A DNA stretch of 63,385 nt, filler included, from Klebsormidium nitens (lineage: Eukaryota > Plantae > Klebsormidiophyceae): the NCBI GenBank assembly GCA_000708835.1. It is 7 parts of 6 records of this genome, joined end to end, with 100 filler letters (N's around TTAATTAATTAA, not from the genome) between each part and the next. Parts side by side here need not be neighbours in the genome. Positions count along the whole stretch, not along the records: positions 24,449 to 38,715 come from DF237243.1; 6 more parts are not named here. The stretch is one strand, 5' to 3'. A program made the translations under genes and the position numbers. Positions 24,557 through 37,900 of this stretch are shown here, in pieces. The notes under the pieces were generated by a model, which was given only the letters and a program-made list of their open reading frames with translations, did no database searches and was not told the DNA's origin. Every line of letters begins with the position of its first letter. The stretch's first letter is position 1.

Positions 24557-27500
24557 TCACCTGGAATCTGACCTGAAATCAGATGCGGCAGACTGATGGA
24601 GCTGATCAGAGCCTGACGCTTCTTCTTGTCGGCGCATCCTCTCCGTCTCTAAGCGCATACCGGCGAGAGCATCATCCACAGACCGTGGCAGCTTCTCTTT
24701 CCCCAGCGTCTGGTCGAGGGCACGGTGCGTGTTGGGGTCGTCATCTCCTGATTGCACAGAAGCATCCATGTCGCTCAGCTCCTCAGAATCGTCGGATTCT
24801 GACTCTTCGGACGTCTCTTGGATGTCCTCGCCGGCGTCTTCCAGCTCCTGCAAGTGGGGAGGAGTTTGAGTAGAGCATAAATGGCCTAAGAATACGCGGC
24901 ATGCAGCTCGTTGGAATGGCTTGCAAGTACGCACCGAAATCACCCCTTGCATCGCCAGGGTATGGCATGCGCAGTGATCTCATTATCCTCAATAACAATC
25001 ACACCAGCATCTCCCTTGTCAGCGCCACGCCACCTAACACTTCCCTTCAATTGGACTCCCCAAGGCAGGAAAAAGTGTGACATAAGGTACTTCAACCAGC
25101 CCAAATAGCAATAGAACTTCTCCCCGCCGTCCCACATGAGAGCACGGCCATTCGGAGAGAGCATCCATTGGCAGTATCGAGGAAAAGATGGACAAGCACC
25201 AGCCCCTAAACAACGCGAGCACTGGCAACAAGGATCGTCATCATGAGTGAGCACCACATCGCATTCCCCAGCAACCGAATATGGGGGCAGCGAACCCTCT
25301 AAGTGACGATGCAACTGGACTGCCTCAAGAGTATCGCGCTGTTCCTTGCTGAGCGGCTTAGAGAGGGCAAAGCAGCCCGTGAACTTGGTCATAACGTGCT
25401 CTATCTGCAGGATTCGATTCCCCCAAGTATAGTTCCCAGCCGTGTCCAAGCGTAGACTCTGGACATGAACGATAATCACCTCATCCGATGGCGTCGCCTC
25501 CTCCGCCTGCTCGGCAGCTGCCGTCGAGGTGGGGGGCATCCCCCTGCGCCTGGCACCGGCCCTGGAATTGACCACAGGACTCCTCAGATTCGAGGACCTT
25601 TTCAGGCCAGCGACCCGCCCTGGTCCGCTAGCTGCTGACGCCGGTGACTGCATTCGAGGGCAAAAAAGGCAATAAGACGTGGTCCCTGACAGCGCTGCCC
25701 CAAGACCAAGTGGACACTAAAGCCAGAGAGGGGTACAATCTCCCAATACCCCGCTTGCTCTCCGAGTGCGACTGATCAAGTGCTGCGCCAGAATTCGGCT
25801 GAGGAACAAGTGGTACTTCGTTTCCAGAACCTTTGGGATGTTTAGCAGGTACTGCAGATGTCACAAAAAGCTCGAACTTAACAAGCAAGGGGACAGCCGA
25901 CAGCCAACCTGTGTAGCCTCGGCGGCAGCTTCGCGGCCCTTTGCAGCTTTGGCTTTTCTCCAACGAAGAAACTCGGCCAATTCCACCTCCTCGGACTCGA
26001 CACTTTCGATCTGCAAGGAGCGAAGGTCTACAAGTGAGGTTCTGAATCATACTTAGGGGAACGCGTTCGCCACCAATAGAAGCAAGTTTGGGGGTGATGG
26101 CTGCCAAAGAAGACCAATCCCTGTCGGACAAGCATATTAAGGCTCTTTTTGAGGTCAACGACGATGACGAAGATGCTTGCAAGTCGGCGAGGATGTTTTT
26201 TGTTGCTGTTACAGAGGCGATCGAGGCTGTTTCTCAACAGTACGGATGCGGCGCTTGGCCAAGAAGGCTCGATTGGCCAACAGCTTTCCAGGAGTGCAAG
26301 AAGGGACGTGGTTTTAAGGTGAAGGGTCCTGGGTTCGTGGTACGCATCTACGGAGTTTATGACCAAGGTGGCCATCCCTCTCTTGACTACGAAGTGGAAG
26401 ACCCAGCTTCCCTCGAGGACTTCTACAACGAGAGACTGTACGAGCAGTGTCGGTGGCTTCATTGAGAAGTGTGACACTCACTTCTGCACGTGCGCCAGCA
26501 GTGGTAGTCTGCCGCTCTTGAAGCGGCAGAAGAGTGGCAGGTTCGGTCTCGGTTTGGGGGGCCGCTGTAGGCCTGCCGCGCAAAGCTTGCAGACGGTACA
26601 GCATAAGACATTTAATGTATGAAGGCATCGTTCAGACAATGCAGGAAGCTAAGAGAGAAGAGCTACTTGCAAGAAGGCCGCAAGATCGATTGGGATACCC
26701 GCCCAAAGACAGACAGCGTGTCCGAGGAAGCTTAGCCATCCCCGTGCCTTAGCCATCCCCGTGCAAGGCCTACAGAATGTCAGCGGTCATGGAATATGCA
26801 CCAAGAAACGCCACAAAAGAGCTCCGCATGAGCTCGAAAAGAGTCCGACCATAGAAAAGCGCACACCTTGGGCGTTTGGGCTGCTTCGGAGCCCTTTGCA
26901 AGTCCGCCTTCCGTTCCGGACAGAAGTTGCCCGATGGGTACCTCCTCCGGCGTATCAAAGTCCGCAATGGTCGCGCTTGCCGGGGGCGTATCCACCTGCG
27001 AGAATTGATGACGTCCAGTCAAGAACATGGCATAGAGAGGCAGATAACTTGCAACTCGTTTCAGCAATCCAGACCTGTATATTCCAGCAGTGCACTTGGA
27101 TCGGTGGTACTGGCATGGCATGCGTGCCATGCTTGTTCTCACAGTCGCTCACGAGTAGAAGCGCTTGCCCAACATGGGAGCCTGCTAACAGCTTCCTGTC
27201 GACCCTTGAAGCGGACCACGACACTCAACAAAGTGTGTCTGAACTTGGTCTGAACTCCTAAAGCTTACATGCACATTGCTCACCCGTTCCTCAGGCCGGC
27301 AAGGCAGAATCTGTTCACGAATTCTGCTGTCCGTGCCCGCCACCTCTAGGATGTTCTCGTCCGATGGAGCTCGGTTTGCAGCCCCTTCCCTGCCTTGCCC
27401 TCGCTCGTTCGCGCCCGAGATCTGAGCACAAGGCGTCCCATGAATCGCTTTGTCGGAGGCAATCGTTCAAGTCAGTAAGAAAGCGCACCTTAATGTCGAT

Positions 27501-30305
27501 GATAGACATGAAGCATGGGCGTCTGCCCTATGGTTCATGGCGCATGTACCAAGAATCGCCCTATTTCTACTCAAAAGAGAACGTGCATAATCTGGTACAT
27601 CCTTCAAGGCCGGCCGGTTTCTAGACAAGATGTTGCTGTATTGTCATTGTGATCAAGTGCGTTGCACCAAGATCACCCGATCACCCGATCACCTGATCAC
27701 TCGAAAGAGAAGAGGACAAAGCTTGGTACATCCCTGCAGATCATTGAAAGCTGGCTGGCCAGCTCCCTCAGCAAATTAAGGGAAGGGGACAACTTTCCTT
27801 GGTCGGCAAGCGGCACCTCTTCATGCAACGGCCAGTATCAAGTTGCCATGGGCAAAGGACTCACCTGCTCGCTCAAGCCACCTTTCTTCTTCCAATCTGC
27901 AAGGGCAGGGGCGTATATGCGCTCCACGTTAGGTTGACCTTGGGATGGCGGCTGATAAACCTCCTGCAAAGCAGAGGTGTGAGGGTGTTGCTACAAGGAC
28001 AGAAACAGGTCTTCTTCGACGGAGTCACAAGTCAAGGCAGGCTTTCCAGCAATTACATCGTAACAGCACCTCGATTGAGCACCCCCTGGCCCGTTACTGA
28101 CAGGTGATGTGCTTCACATGCAGAATACGGAGAACCCCCTTTCTCCAGCATGCCAGCAGAAAGAACACTCTGAATGTAACCATGAGCATTCCCTAATCCA
28201 AGTCAGTCGAAGGCAGATGGTCACACAAAGACAATATCACACAGGGGCAGGAAGCAGGGGGCTTACTTCGAGAGATGGCAATGGGATAAGTGGCCGACCG
28301 GAGCTGACCCCGCGTGGCAGATTCTCGCCTCGAACTCCAGTCACCTCGTCCGGGGCAGGCCCAGGGTTGCTCTCAACTCCGCCAATGGTCAGAAGCTTTG
28401 CTGTACAGAAACGATGGTCCGTTTAAGCTGGGCAAGCTTGCACAGAATAGCTGGCTGCTGGACACAGGGTGGGGGCTGCCAAAGGAACCGTCCGAAAGGA
28501 ACCGTCACAGGTGCAATGAGACTGATAAATTGCATGATGGTGTTGCCATCGGTTGTCTCACCTATGAGAGATCTGCTCTTGGGCGTTGAATCCCAGTATG
28601 CCGCGTTCTCCCAGGATCCTTTGCAAGCTGCAAAAGACACAGAGTCCAGGTTCATGTGATGGACAACAAGCCATACAACCCGTCAGAGGCCTGGAACTGA
28701 GAAGGCACGTGAAAAGGCACGTGGTACGTCTGGAACAAACCAGCCGCATGCCGCATGTCCAGACTCAAACAAACTTGCCCGCATGCCGGAACCAGCGACG
28801 CTCACCTGATTCGTAGCAATCCTGGCAGCGATGCTGTTCCGCGGTGGACGAGGCCCCTCCCATTTGCCGCAGCTCCGCTTCGAGTCTGGCAGCTTCGACC
28901 TTCAAGCGCCATTCAACCCGGTTCTGTGCCCAGGCTGCAAAGTTCGGAAAGGTGGTTGATGCACTGCTGCATGGCGAACTCGTCTCAAGAGTGAAGATGC
29001 ATGCGGACAAGGGCTGCAACAGCTCAAAGCTTTGCGGGCCTGGGGTGCAACAATGATGTTCTCACCTGCGCGGTCTCTAGTGATGCGAAAACAGCCTGTC
29101 GAATGGACGTGCCCTCTGCAGAGGTACTTGACATTCCCCCCTTCCTTGCTTCCTCGGTGTCCGAATTCTGCGGTGGCAGCGCACTCGTGGCAGTGAAGAG
29201 TATGTGGGTCTGTGAGGAAATGCGCAGAGGTTGGACAAGCACCTGGACTCTGAGCTTGGAGAGGCATGCAAGTCTATGTGCTTGGCGCGACGCACCCCTG
29301 ACTCTTGCCGTCGTGTCTCTTTCTTCTGGCGTGGGGTTGGGGGTTTGTCACCGACAGCATGTACCAAGAATCAGCCCTTTATACTCTAAAGAGAAAGAAG
29401 GAAAGCTTGGTACACCCCAAGGACGGCCATGCCTGCTAGGATCTTTCCTTTAGGACTCTGTAATTGACAGCGTGTACCAAGAATCAGCCTTTTCAATTCT
29501 AAAAAGAAACAGGCAAAGCTTGGTACGCCCCAACAGGGCCAGCAGTCATTAGGCTTGTGGAGAGAGGCAGATTGTGCTTGGTGCAAAAGAAGGTCTGGGG
29601 GCACCCTTCCAAACCGTGACTACGAAGCTGTTCTTGGTACAGAGCTGCAGAGCCAGCCACAGCCTGACGGCGCTACCGCAACAGTGTTACCTGGTTCATT
29701 CCCTTCATTATCCTAAAAACAAACGCATCGTTCTTGGTACATTGATGCAGGGCCAGCCATCCACGTGACCATAGAAACAAGGTTGTGATTGACTGCACTG
29801 TACCAAGATCTGGCCATTACTCTTTTAGAAAGAAAAACGCTCTTCCTGGTACATCACTGTAGGCGCACCCTTCACCTTTTTGATTGGACGCTGAGGTTAC
29901 AGCGCAACGCGTCCCGGCTTCTGCTTGGCCTCTGCTTGATCACTCAAACCACTTGACCCAGAAGCACTGCACCAGACACTCACCTCTTTCTGCGGCTTTG
30001 CCAAGCGTTTTCCCAAGGCGCTGATTTGCTTTCTTCTTGGCACTCCCAGACGCTTTGCAAAACCTGCCGTGCGCTGACCCACGAGCAGCGCATGCCTCTT
30101 TCTTCAAACCTCTAGAATTCTGGCCCCTTCGTTTACGAGGGGCATCTTGAACATCGCACTCAGCGTTCACAGCAGCGATGCGCGCCTCCTGCTGCTCAGC
30201 GCTGATGCTTATTCTTTCCCTATATGCAGCAGCGTGCGCATATCGAGCTGCTTGGCAGACCCTGTGATCAGACTTGGACCGGCCATGAGGCCGGCCTCCA
30301 GCCAT
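24557..30305 (-). CDS. Header-family paralog 2 (spliced): header + 2A-like LLTIGGVESNPGP + linker exons + WDGGEKFY domain + acidic tail
   Basis: Exons 30305-29984 (322 nt), 29209-29066 (144), 28934-28806, 28627-28562, 28400-28345 and 27963-27865 are phase-consistent. Downstream phase-0 exons (ISGANERG.., VDTPPASA.., IESVESEE.., SPASAASG..) lead into the 24940-25653 ORF, but this part is less certain. Confidence 0.65.
24940..25420 (-). CDS. Conserved hypothetical domain of the type seen in large DNA viruses and phages (CQW...WDGGEKFY..WLKYL..HF..PWG..L.G.V.W.G)
   Basis: Motif recognised in ORF 24940..25653; function unknown. Confidence 0.6.
26088..26465 (+). CDS. Intronless hypothetical protein nested antisense in an intron of paralog 2
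   Basis: 125-aa ATG-initiated ORF with protein-like composition; no motif recognised. Confidence 0.5.
   Translation: MGVMAAKEDQSLSDKHIKALFEVNDDDEDACKSARMFFVAVTEAIEAVSQQYGCGAWPRRLDWPTAFQECKKGRGFKVKGPGFVVRIYGVYDQGGHPSLDYEVEDPASLEDFYNERLYEQCRWLH
27543..27730. repeat. Two palindromic units TG(T/C)ACCAAGA-N~40-(C)TGGTACA, one with an internal 8-bp GATCACCC tandem
   Basis: Same unit as the arrays at 29355-29853 and 37180-38075. Confidence 0.75.
28357..28383 (-). other. 2A/StopGo-like motif GGVESNPGP
   Basis: Exon 28400-28345 (tacag|caaag...gacgag|gtgac) reads AKLLTIGGVESNPGPAPDE in frame with the header. Confidence 0.75.
29355..29853. repeat. Array of palindromic units TGTACCAAGA..CTTGGTACA in intron 1 of paralog 2
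   Basis: Units at 29358 and 29471 (113-bp period), plus degenerate units extending to 29853. Confidence 0.85.
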
Positions 30306-30715
30306 GACTGATCACTCTAAGTACTGGCAATCCTTTCCCTGCAAGGCGAAGAGGAGAGTGAGGACTGGATTGCCGTCTCAAGAAACGTCCGCCCCAGGTG
30401 CGCCTTGGTATAACATTCTGAAAGGCGCGTGCCGCTGCTGCTGGTCATAAAACTCGGTTCCTTTGCACACAAGGCAGCTGAATAGGCTGCAGCCTTATCC
30501 CAAAACCTGAACCATTCGGACCATTGTCTGAGAATGGACAAGTAATTAGCTGCTGTAGTACCCACAAGAAGCGCTAAAACTTAAAGAGCCAAAGTCCCGC
30601 TTAAAGAAGGTGCCAGCTGGTGACTGAGCTGAGCTACGCTTCTGTCAGTTCTGATGCCAGCTCTGAGCCCGCTCTGAGCTCAGGTGCTCAGTGTTGCATG
30701 GGGCTTATCCTGATT

Positions 30716-31454
30716 NNNNNNNNNNNNNNNNNNNNNNNNNNNNNNNNNNNNNNNNNNNNNNNNNNNNNNNNNNNNNNNNNNNNNNNNNNNNNNNNNNNNN
30801 NNNNNNNNNNNNNNNNNNNNNNNNNNNNNNNNNNNNNNNNNNNNNNNNNNNNNNNNNNNNNNNNNNNNNNNNNNNNNNNNNNNNNNNNNNNNNNNNNNNN
30901 NNNNNNNNNNNNNNNNNNNNNNNNNNNNNNNNNNNNNNNNNNNNNNNNNNNNNNNNNNNNNNNNNNNNNNNNNNNNNNNNNNNNNNNNNNNNNNNNNNNN
31001 NNNNNNNNNNNNNNNNNNNNNNNNNNNNNNNNNNNNNNNNNNNNNNNNNNNNNNNNNNNNNNNNNNNNNNNNNNNNNNNNNNNNNNNNNNNNNNNNNNNN
31101 NNNNNNNNNNNNNNNNNNNNNNNNNNNNNNNNNNNNNNNNNNNNNNNNNNNNNNNNNNNNNNNNNNNNNNNNNNNNNNNNNNNNNNNNNNNNNNNNNNNN
31201 NNNNNNNNNNNNNNNNNNNNNNNNNNNNNNNNNNNNNNNNNNNNNNNNNNNNNNNNNNNNNNNNNNNNNNNNNNNNNNNNNNNNNNNNNNNNNNNNNNNN
31301 NNNNNNNNNNNNNNNNNNNNNNNNNNNNNNNNNNNNNNNNNNNNNNNNNNNNNNNNNNNNNNNNNNNNNNNNNNNNNNNNNNNNNNNNNNNNNNNNNNNN
31401 NNNNNNNNNNNNNNNNNNNNNNNNNNNNNNNNNNNNNNNNNNNNNNNNNNNNNN
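30716..31454. other. Sized scaffold gap (739 N, no linker)
   Basis: Run of N. Confidence 0.95.
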
Positions 31455-31939
31455 CCCCCAGGGCCGGGAATGGCAATGGTCTGTGTGTGCGCGGTAATGG
31501 GAGTGCCTCAGCCCCTATGGGAGCCCCAGGGCCCTTATGGCTCATAGCCTATGCCAGAAGGCGGTAGCCCGGACATGTAAGGTCGGCCAACTGGCATCTA
31601 GACACGCCATGCTTGACTAATTTAAGCACCCAGCGTTCTTGCCCTGCAACGGCCAATCGGGCTGACGAATGCTCTCTCACTCATACATCAACACCAAAGT
31701 GCATGGTGCGGTTGGCGACAACAGGCTATGATGGTTCATGTACGTGCTTGGATGACACGATCGATAGTCAAAGCTCTCCGCTCACTTCAGGCAAGGAGAA
31801 TCTCAATCCGAATATCGTCTAAATGTGCTCATAGAATGAGTCGAAGCATCAGGGTGAGCCACGATCGCAAATCAAAAGCTGAGGGAACACAAGAGCATGC
31901 ATATTCGGAATCGTGGGTGCTCGACGGCTATCGCTGGTA

Positions 31940-34900
31940 CTAGGCTACCTTCCCCGCGTTCCACTTATCCACCTGTCCTAGCCTTTCATCTAGCTGACCA
32001 AAAGCCAACTCTACATGAGTATGTGCAACAATTTGTATTGACCCTGCTTGTGCCCGTGTGACACCCATTTTTGCCGGAATCTGCTCAGTGTGCCGTGGAA
32101 CCCCACCCGTGACAAGATCACCTGGCACTATGTAGCAAAATTCCACCGTCACGGAGTCAAGGTTTGCCTTGCCCAGCCACGGCTCCACGTTGCTAATATG
32201 CATTGCAGTCCTGGTCGAGTGACCATGTTCACGCGCTGACTCCAGTGTCATCTGAACTTTCGTGAGCCGCTCCACCGATCCTGCAGAATGGCAAACTTAG
32301 CCCATCGTGTCACACAACCTTGGGATTGGCAACCACGTTTTGATATCTAGCAACTCATCGAGGACTATGTGTAGGTAGTCACGAAGCTGCTGCAAAATCA
32401 CAATTCCTACGGATAGTCGATAACCAGCAACACTCGCAGGCTGGACGGGCGCTTGGTGTTACCACTCAACAACAGCAAGTCAGGGCCATCACAAGAGGCT
32501 CGTGAAACAGAATATTCACCTGGCTGCCCCTTCGGCTTCTTAAAGACCAGGAGGGCCATATCCATAGCAGGGTAGAACGGCGACCGAGGCACAAAGCAAG
32601 CAATCCGCATCTCGAGTCCGCTCTTCCGGAAATCGTCTTGTTCGGCGAACACAGCAGAGGCCTCTCCGTTGGGTTTGAAGAACACCAATTTCACTTGCTC
32701 CTTCTTCTCCATCTTTAGCACAGCCTTGTAACCTAGACCGTCAACGATTGCGCCGATGGCGCAGCGTTCTGTCAGCAGCCCAGCAACCGCTGGTACCCGC
32801 TCTCCTCCAAGCTCCTGGGATAGAGAGGCCCAGACTGCTTGGTCACTGTAGAAGACAGCCCGGCCTTGAACCTGCTCCACAAAGTGGGCTATCGCATCTC
32901 GTACTAGCGGGTATGCTGGCCGCACTTTATGCCCCTCTACTGCTACATACCGTAAGTCGATGTCGTTCCAGTCGGTGAGATCAAACTCCACAAACGAGTC
33001 CGTGTAAACCATCTTTTTCATCTGGTCTATCCACTCTTGCACTTTGTTTGCCCCTTTCGCCCTTACTTTGTCATAGATGCGTTTCAAACCCCTGCTGATC
33101 TGCAGCACCCTATTGCCCTCCAAGAACGTTTCCCAGGCTTTCCAGTCACGCTCTTCGGCAAGCAGCTTCTCCGTTGTCTGCTCACTCTTAGTCACTTCAG
33201 CAAAGCCAGAGCCCTTCAGCTCCTCCTCGAGCAGCTCTTCCACTCTGATGGCACTCTCCTTCCCGCGTGTAACAGCGGGTGCTTTAGAAGCGGTAGCAAT
33301 GTCCTTCCTCACGAGCCCATGCTGACTTTCTAGATGCTGACTTCCTTCAAGCTTGCTCTCGCCCCCAAGCACCCCCGTATCTAGCTCTCCTTCCTTCACC
33401 GGTTCCAATGGCCCCACTTGAAATGCTGGACTCTGCCCAAAGACTCGGTATACTGAGTGGCCCCCCGGAGGCTTTCCGTAGTAGGCCTCATACCAGTCCG
33501 CCAGGCACCCCGCTACTCCCCCCAACTTTTCCCTCACAAGGCGTTGGACAGCCGGGGTGGTGCACTCTGTCCCGTAGATGATGTCAAAGGACTTCTGCTC
33601 CTCCTGCACAGGACCACGTCCAATTAGAAGTCTTTAGTGGGAGGATCCTAAACCTACCCTAATCTATGCGTATACCGCATCCCTGACCCTAAACTTAAAG
33701 AGCTCGTTAGGAGTAATTTAGGGACTAAGGCTCTTACTCAAGCTAGCGACAAAACAGTTGGAAGCATCTTCTGCTTGTCATTTCAGCGAAACTCCACGTC
33801 CACCAAAATAAAGTGGACACTGAAGAGGCCTCTCTGCCTGCTCTTGCAGTTCTATCGGCACCCAAATACCTACCCTGTCAGAGAAAGCAGAATCCGAACT
33901 TGAAGAAAAGGAGATCTGAATGACCAGACTCATCTTAGAACTTGAGAGCAATTCAGGAGGTGCATCAGCTGAATTAGAGCGCATGCAGATTGATTTGGTA
34001 GAGCTAGATTGCGTACCTGAGTCAAACCAGAGTGCACGGGGAACCTGCTGGCCAGGCCATGTAGCGTCTCGTTTTCTGTTGTGAGCTCCTCACCCCCCGC
34101 GCTCGTCACCAGAATGGTTCTGAAGTGGTAAAGCAGACCATCTAACTTCTGTTTAGCCTCCGAGTCTTTTAGGAGTTCCTGATACTGATCCAAGCAGAAG
34201 AGGATCTCCTGCTTCCTCCCGCTAAGAAAAGCCTTCACGTCTCGCATCGTTTCAAGGCTTGCGATGGTTTTGACAATCTCCCTTTCCCCCGCATATGCCC
34301 ACGCAAGGGCCTGCTTCATTGCCTCGACTTCATCCGCCTTAAAGAACGCACAGTCCAAGAGGGGCGCCACCCGCTGCTGCTTTGCTTCCAATGCTGCTGT
34401 GAGGTAGATTATAAGTTGCAGAAGGAGGTGTGTTTTGCCAAACCCTGCAGGCCCGTGCATCAGAATCCTTCGCCCACCGCCCGGCAGCTCTCCGTCCATA
34501 AGCTGGATTGCACGATCTACTAGACGCCTGAAATGGGAGCGCCCCATAACCGCAACACCGAGTCTCTTCTCTTCTGCCGTCAGCACTAGAAAACGTAGAT
34601 CCCTGACACCCAAAGGTTCCGCCTGCGGCAGGATGCTCCAGCCAATCTCGAAGACGCCCTTCCCTGCTTGCTCAAGCTCCACTTTCCTTCTTTTCACCAG
34701 ACCCTTCGCAAGAACCCCGGTTTCTGATGTATCAAGGTATGTGGAACGCTTGAAGTTGGGTTTAGCATGGCTGGATGGATCCCCTGCAGAGCACCAAGCC
34801 CTTTGGTCAGGTCGAGCTTGTTCCAGAAACAGCATACTATCCTAAGCTTCCCGGTAGGTGTATGCTTTGGAGAATGGGTTTAAAACATGCGTATCACCTC

Positions 34901-37900
34901 GAGGAAACACTCGATGCTACAAGCAGCCCACAAGATTGCAGGCTCAAGCCTATGAGGCACATGTGCAGACTTGGCCACAATGAAGGCATTGCTTGTCAAA
35001 GGAGCGGTCTGTCGGCAGCGTTCATACCAGAAATTAGCAAAAGGCGATCACATCAGCAAAGAGCATCAGCAAAGACCCCAGAAGAGAGACAAGAAGCAGG
35101 TTCTTGGCATGGTGCGGGGTTGCTAGACCTAGCCCTGCCTTGTCCATCATGCGCCAAGAAGTAAGGCAGCGCGCGCAAGCAACAAGCAACCTCAAGAAGC
35201 ACTCTGCAGATACAGACAATGCCGTAACGCAAGACCACAGACCATGAGCGGCAGAACTCACGATTCTGGTTCTCCTGATCAGCATCCCGCTTCCCCACAT
35301 CCGTAGGTTGGCCTGCATCCTGACCCCTCTTCACAACTGCAGCAGAAGGATAAGCAGATCAGACTCTTGGGTGCATGAGCTCTGAGGCAGCGAGCGACGT
35401 GAAGAGCTAGCCATTGGAAGATTGCATAAGGCTGACAGCTGAGAAGCACCGCGACGCTCATGAGTTGCACCTGGTCTGCCAACAATTGCACAGCAAACCG
35501 CTTTCTGCTCCAGACCAACTCCGCTTCTGCTAGAAAACACCCCATGCCTAGCAAGCACCAGTGTCCTCGGCAAGATCGATGACGACGCAACTATATGATC
35601 CCTGGCAACACCTTCTAGTCAGTAAAGTCCCCTGTCATGCCATCTTTTCCAAGCTTTCCCGCTGCCACATGCCAAACAACAACACCAGAATGCTCGAATC
35701 CCTCGTTTCCTGTTCTAACCAGAATTTCTTAAGTTTACCGTCGAGCGTTTTTCCTCGTAGCTAGCCTCTCATCTGATAGAGAGAGCTGCTTACCCGGAAC
35801 CGCTTTGAGGAAGGCCTCCCAGCCATCTGCCCACTCCCCTGGGCCTTTGTACTCGTTTCTCCATCGGGTCAGATAGCCAGACCGGTCATCAGGAGGCGTT
35901 TTTTCCCAGTCTGCCAATTCAAACTCCTTCCGCGCCAGATGATCCAGCAGCCTGGATTTAATTCTCAGATCATAATCCCGCCAGCTCTCCCTTAATGCAA
36001 TCTGTGGTGGAGAGACATTAAAGATCAGCACAACAATGTATAGCTCGCACTTTGATAGCATGGACACTGGTAAAAGACACAAAGTTGCTCCTGGACGTTC
36101 AAGTCCTCAACTGCAGGATTCACCTTGACCAGGCTCACCTCCTCAGTAGTAGGTCCCGGGTTGCGTTCGACTCCGCCAATCATGAGGAGCGTCGCTGCAT
36201 GGAAGGACGCCACATTCAGATGCTGCATGTGCGACGGGCTGGATTCATCCGAAACTGATCAATCAGATTTCCCAGATCAATACAATGGAGATGTCTTAGT
36301 AGGATAAGCCCAAGTGCTCTACACGTTGTTGCACGTTCAGAGCAAGCCCACCTGTTTACACTCGGACTGCAGATACAGAGCTGCTATCGAAGTGCCTTAC
36401 CTATGAGCGACGGGCTCATGTGCATCGAAGCCCAAACCCCCTTACTCTGGAAATCATTCCAAGCTGTAGGCAGAAGGCAGTGAAGCGTCAAGTTGTTGTC
36501 ATTCTTGATTAATGTGTAAAATGCACAGCGAAGGAGCCATAACCCATGAAAGGCATGACAAGGAACTTGCTGCCCTTAAATTGTGTATAAGAGAACAACC
36601 AATCAAGTCAGATTGCGTCACACGCTCACCTGCCGCTGGTTCTGCAGCGGACGAGGCCCTTCCCAGGTTGCGCAGCTCCTCCTCCAACCTTCTCTCCTCT
36701 GCTCTCAGAAAGCGCATCTCCCGTTCCTCTGCCCAATCTGCAGGAGCATATAGATTGCGTCAATATTCACATTCTACTTTCAAAGACCCATTGCTGACGC
36801 AAGGGAAGCAGCTATGAACGTTGTGTCAACCTCAGAGCCAACTCAAGGGCAGGCTTCTCGAGTGCTCTCACCTTTGTGGTCTCTGTCAATGCGGAAGCAG
36901 CCAGTCATGGGGGTATGCCCTCTGCAAAAGTAAATGACCTCCCCCCCTTTCTTGCCTCCCCGCAGCCCGAACTCTGCTGTTGCGCCGCACTCATGGCAGT
37001 AGAGGATATGTGGGTCTGAAAAGAAGATGAGGAGAGAATTCAGATTAGAGAAGCTGGAGTCCGAAGGTGGAGGGGCATGCAAAACTCGCTGCGTGCCGCA
37101 ACCTACTCCCGCCCATTTGAGTCGTGCCCCTATTTCCTGCAGGGGAGTTGGAGATATGCAGCTGACAGTACGTACCAATGATAAACTTTGTATAAGCGTA
37201 TGTTCTTGGTACACTGCGGGGATGGCCATCCCCACCAGCTTGCTTTGATTGATGGCATGTACCAAGAAATGGGGATTACTTTTTTAGAATGAAAGAGGTA
37301 GAACCTTGGTACACATCCCCACAGGCCCGGCCATACCACTGCCTTCCTGTTGTAACTCATGGCATGTACCAGGAAATGGGATTTAATTTTCTAGAAAGAA
37401 AGAGGTAGAACCTTGGTACACCATCAGAGGGACGGCCATGCCCCAGATGTTTGTGGTTGACAGCATGTACCTAGGTTTAACCTTCTATCAAATCAAAGAG
37501 AAAAGCATTTTCTTGGTTTTCTGCAGGGACGGCCATACCTGCTAAGACTCCTCTTGGGAGTTAGCAATCAACAGCATGTACCAAGAAACAGCCTCTTATG
37601 TTTCAAGGAGAAAGAGGCAATGTCTGGTACAACCCAGGAACGACCATGCCTGCTAAGACTTCTCAAGAACTTTGTATTAGACAGCATGTACCGAGAAACA
37701 GCCTCTTATATTCTAAATAGAAAGATGCAAAGCTCGGTACGTCCCTGCAGGGCCAGCAATCAATAATGCTCGTGAACAAAAGCAAAGTGTTCCCTGGTGC
37801 AAAAGGAGGCCTGGGGGCACCCTTCTCACTGAAACCATGCTATTCTTGGTACAGAGTTGCAGGACTAGTCGCACCCCTTCGCTATTAAGACGGCGCTAGC

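Noticed and set aside
30620-31567. ORFs of 268-315 aa
   Set aside because: They consist almost entirely of the N gap.
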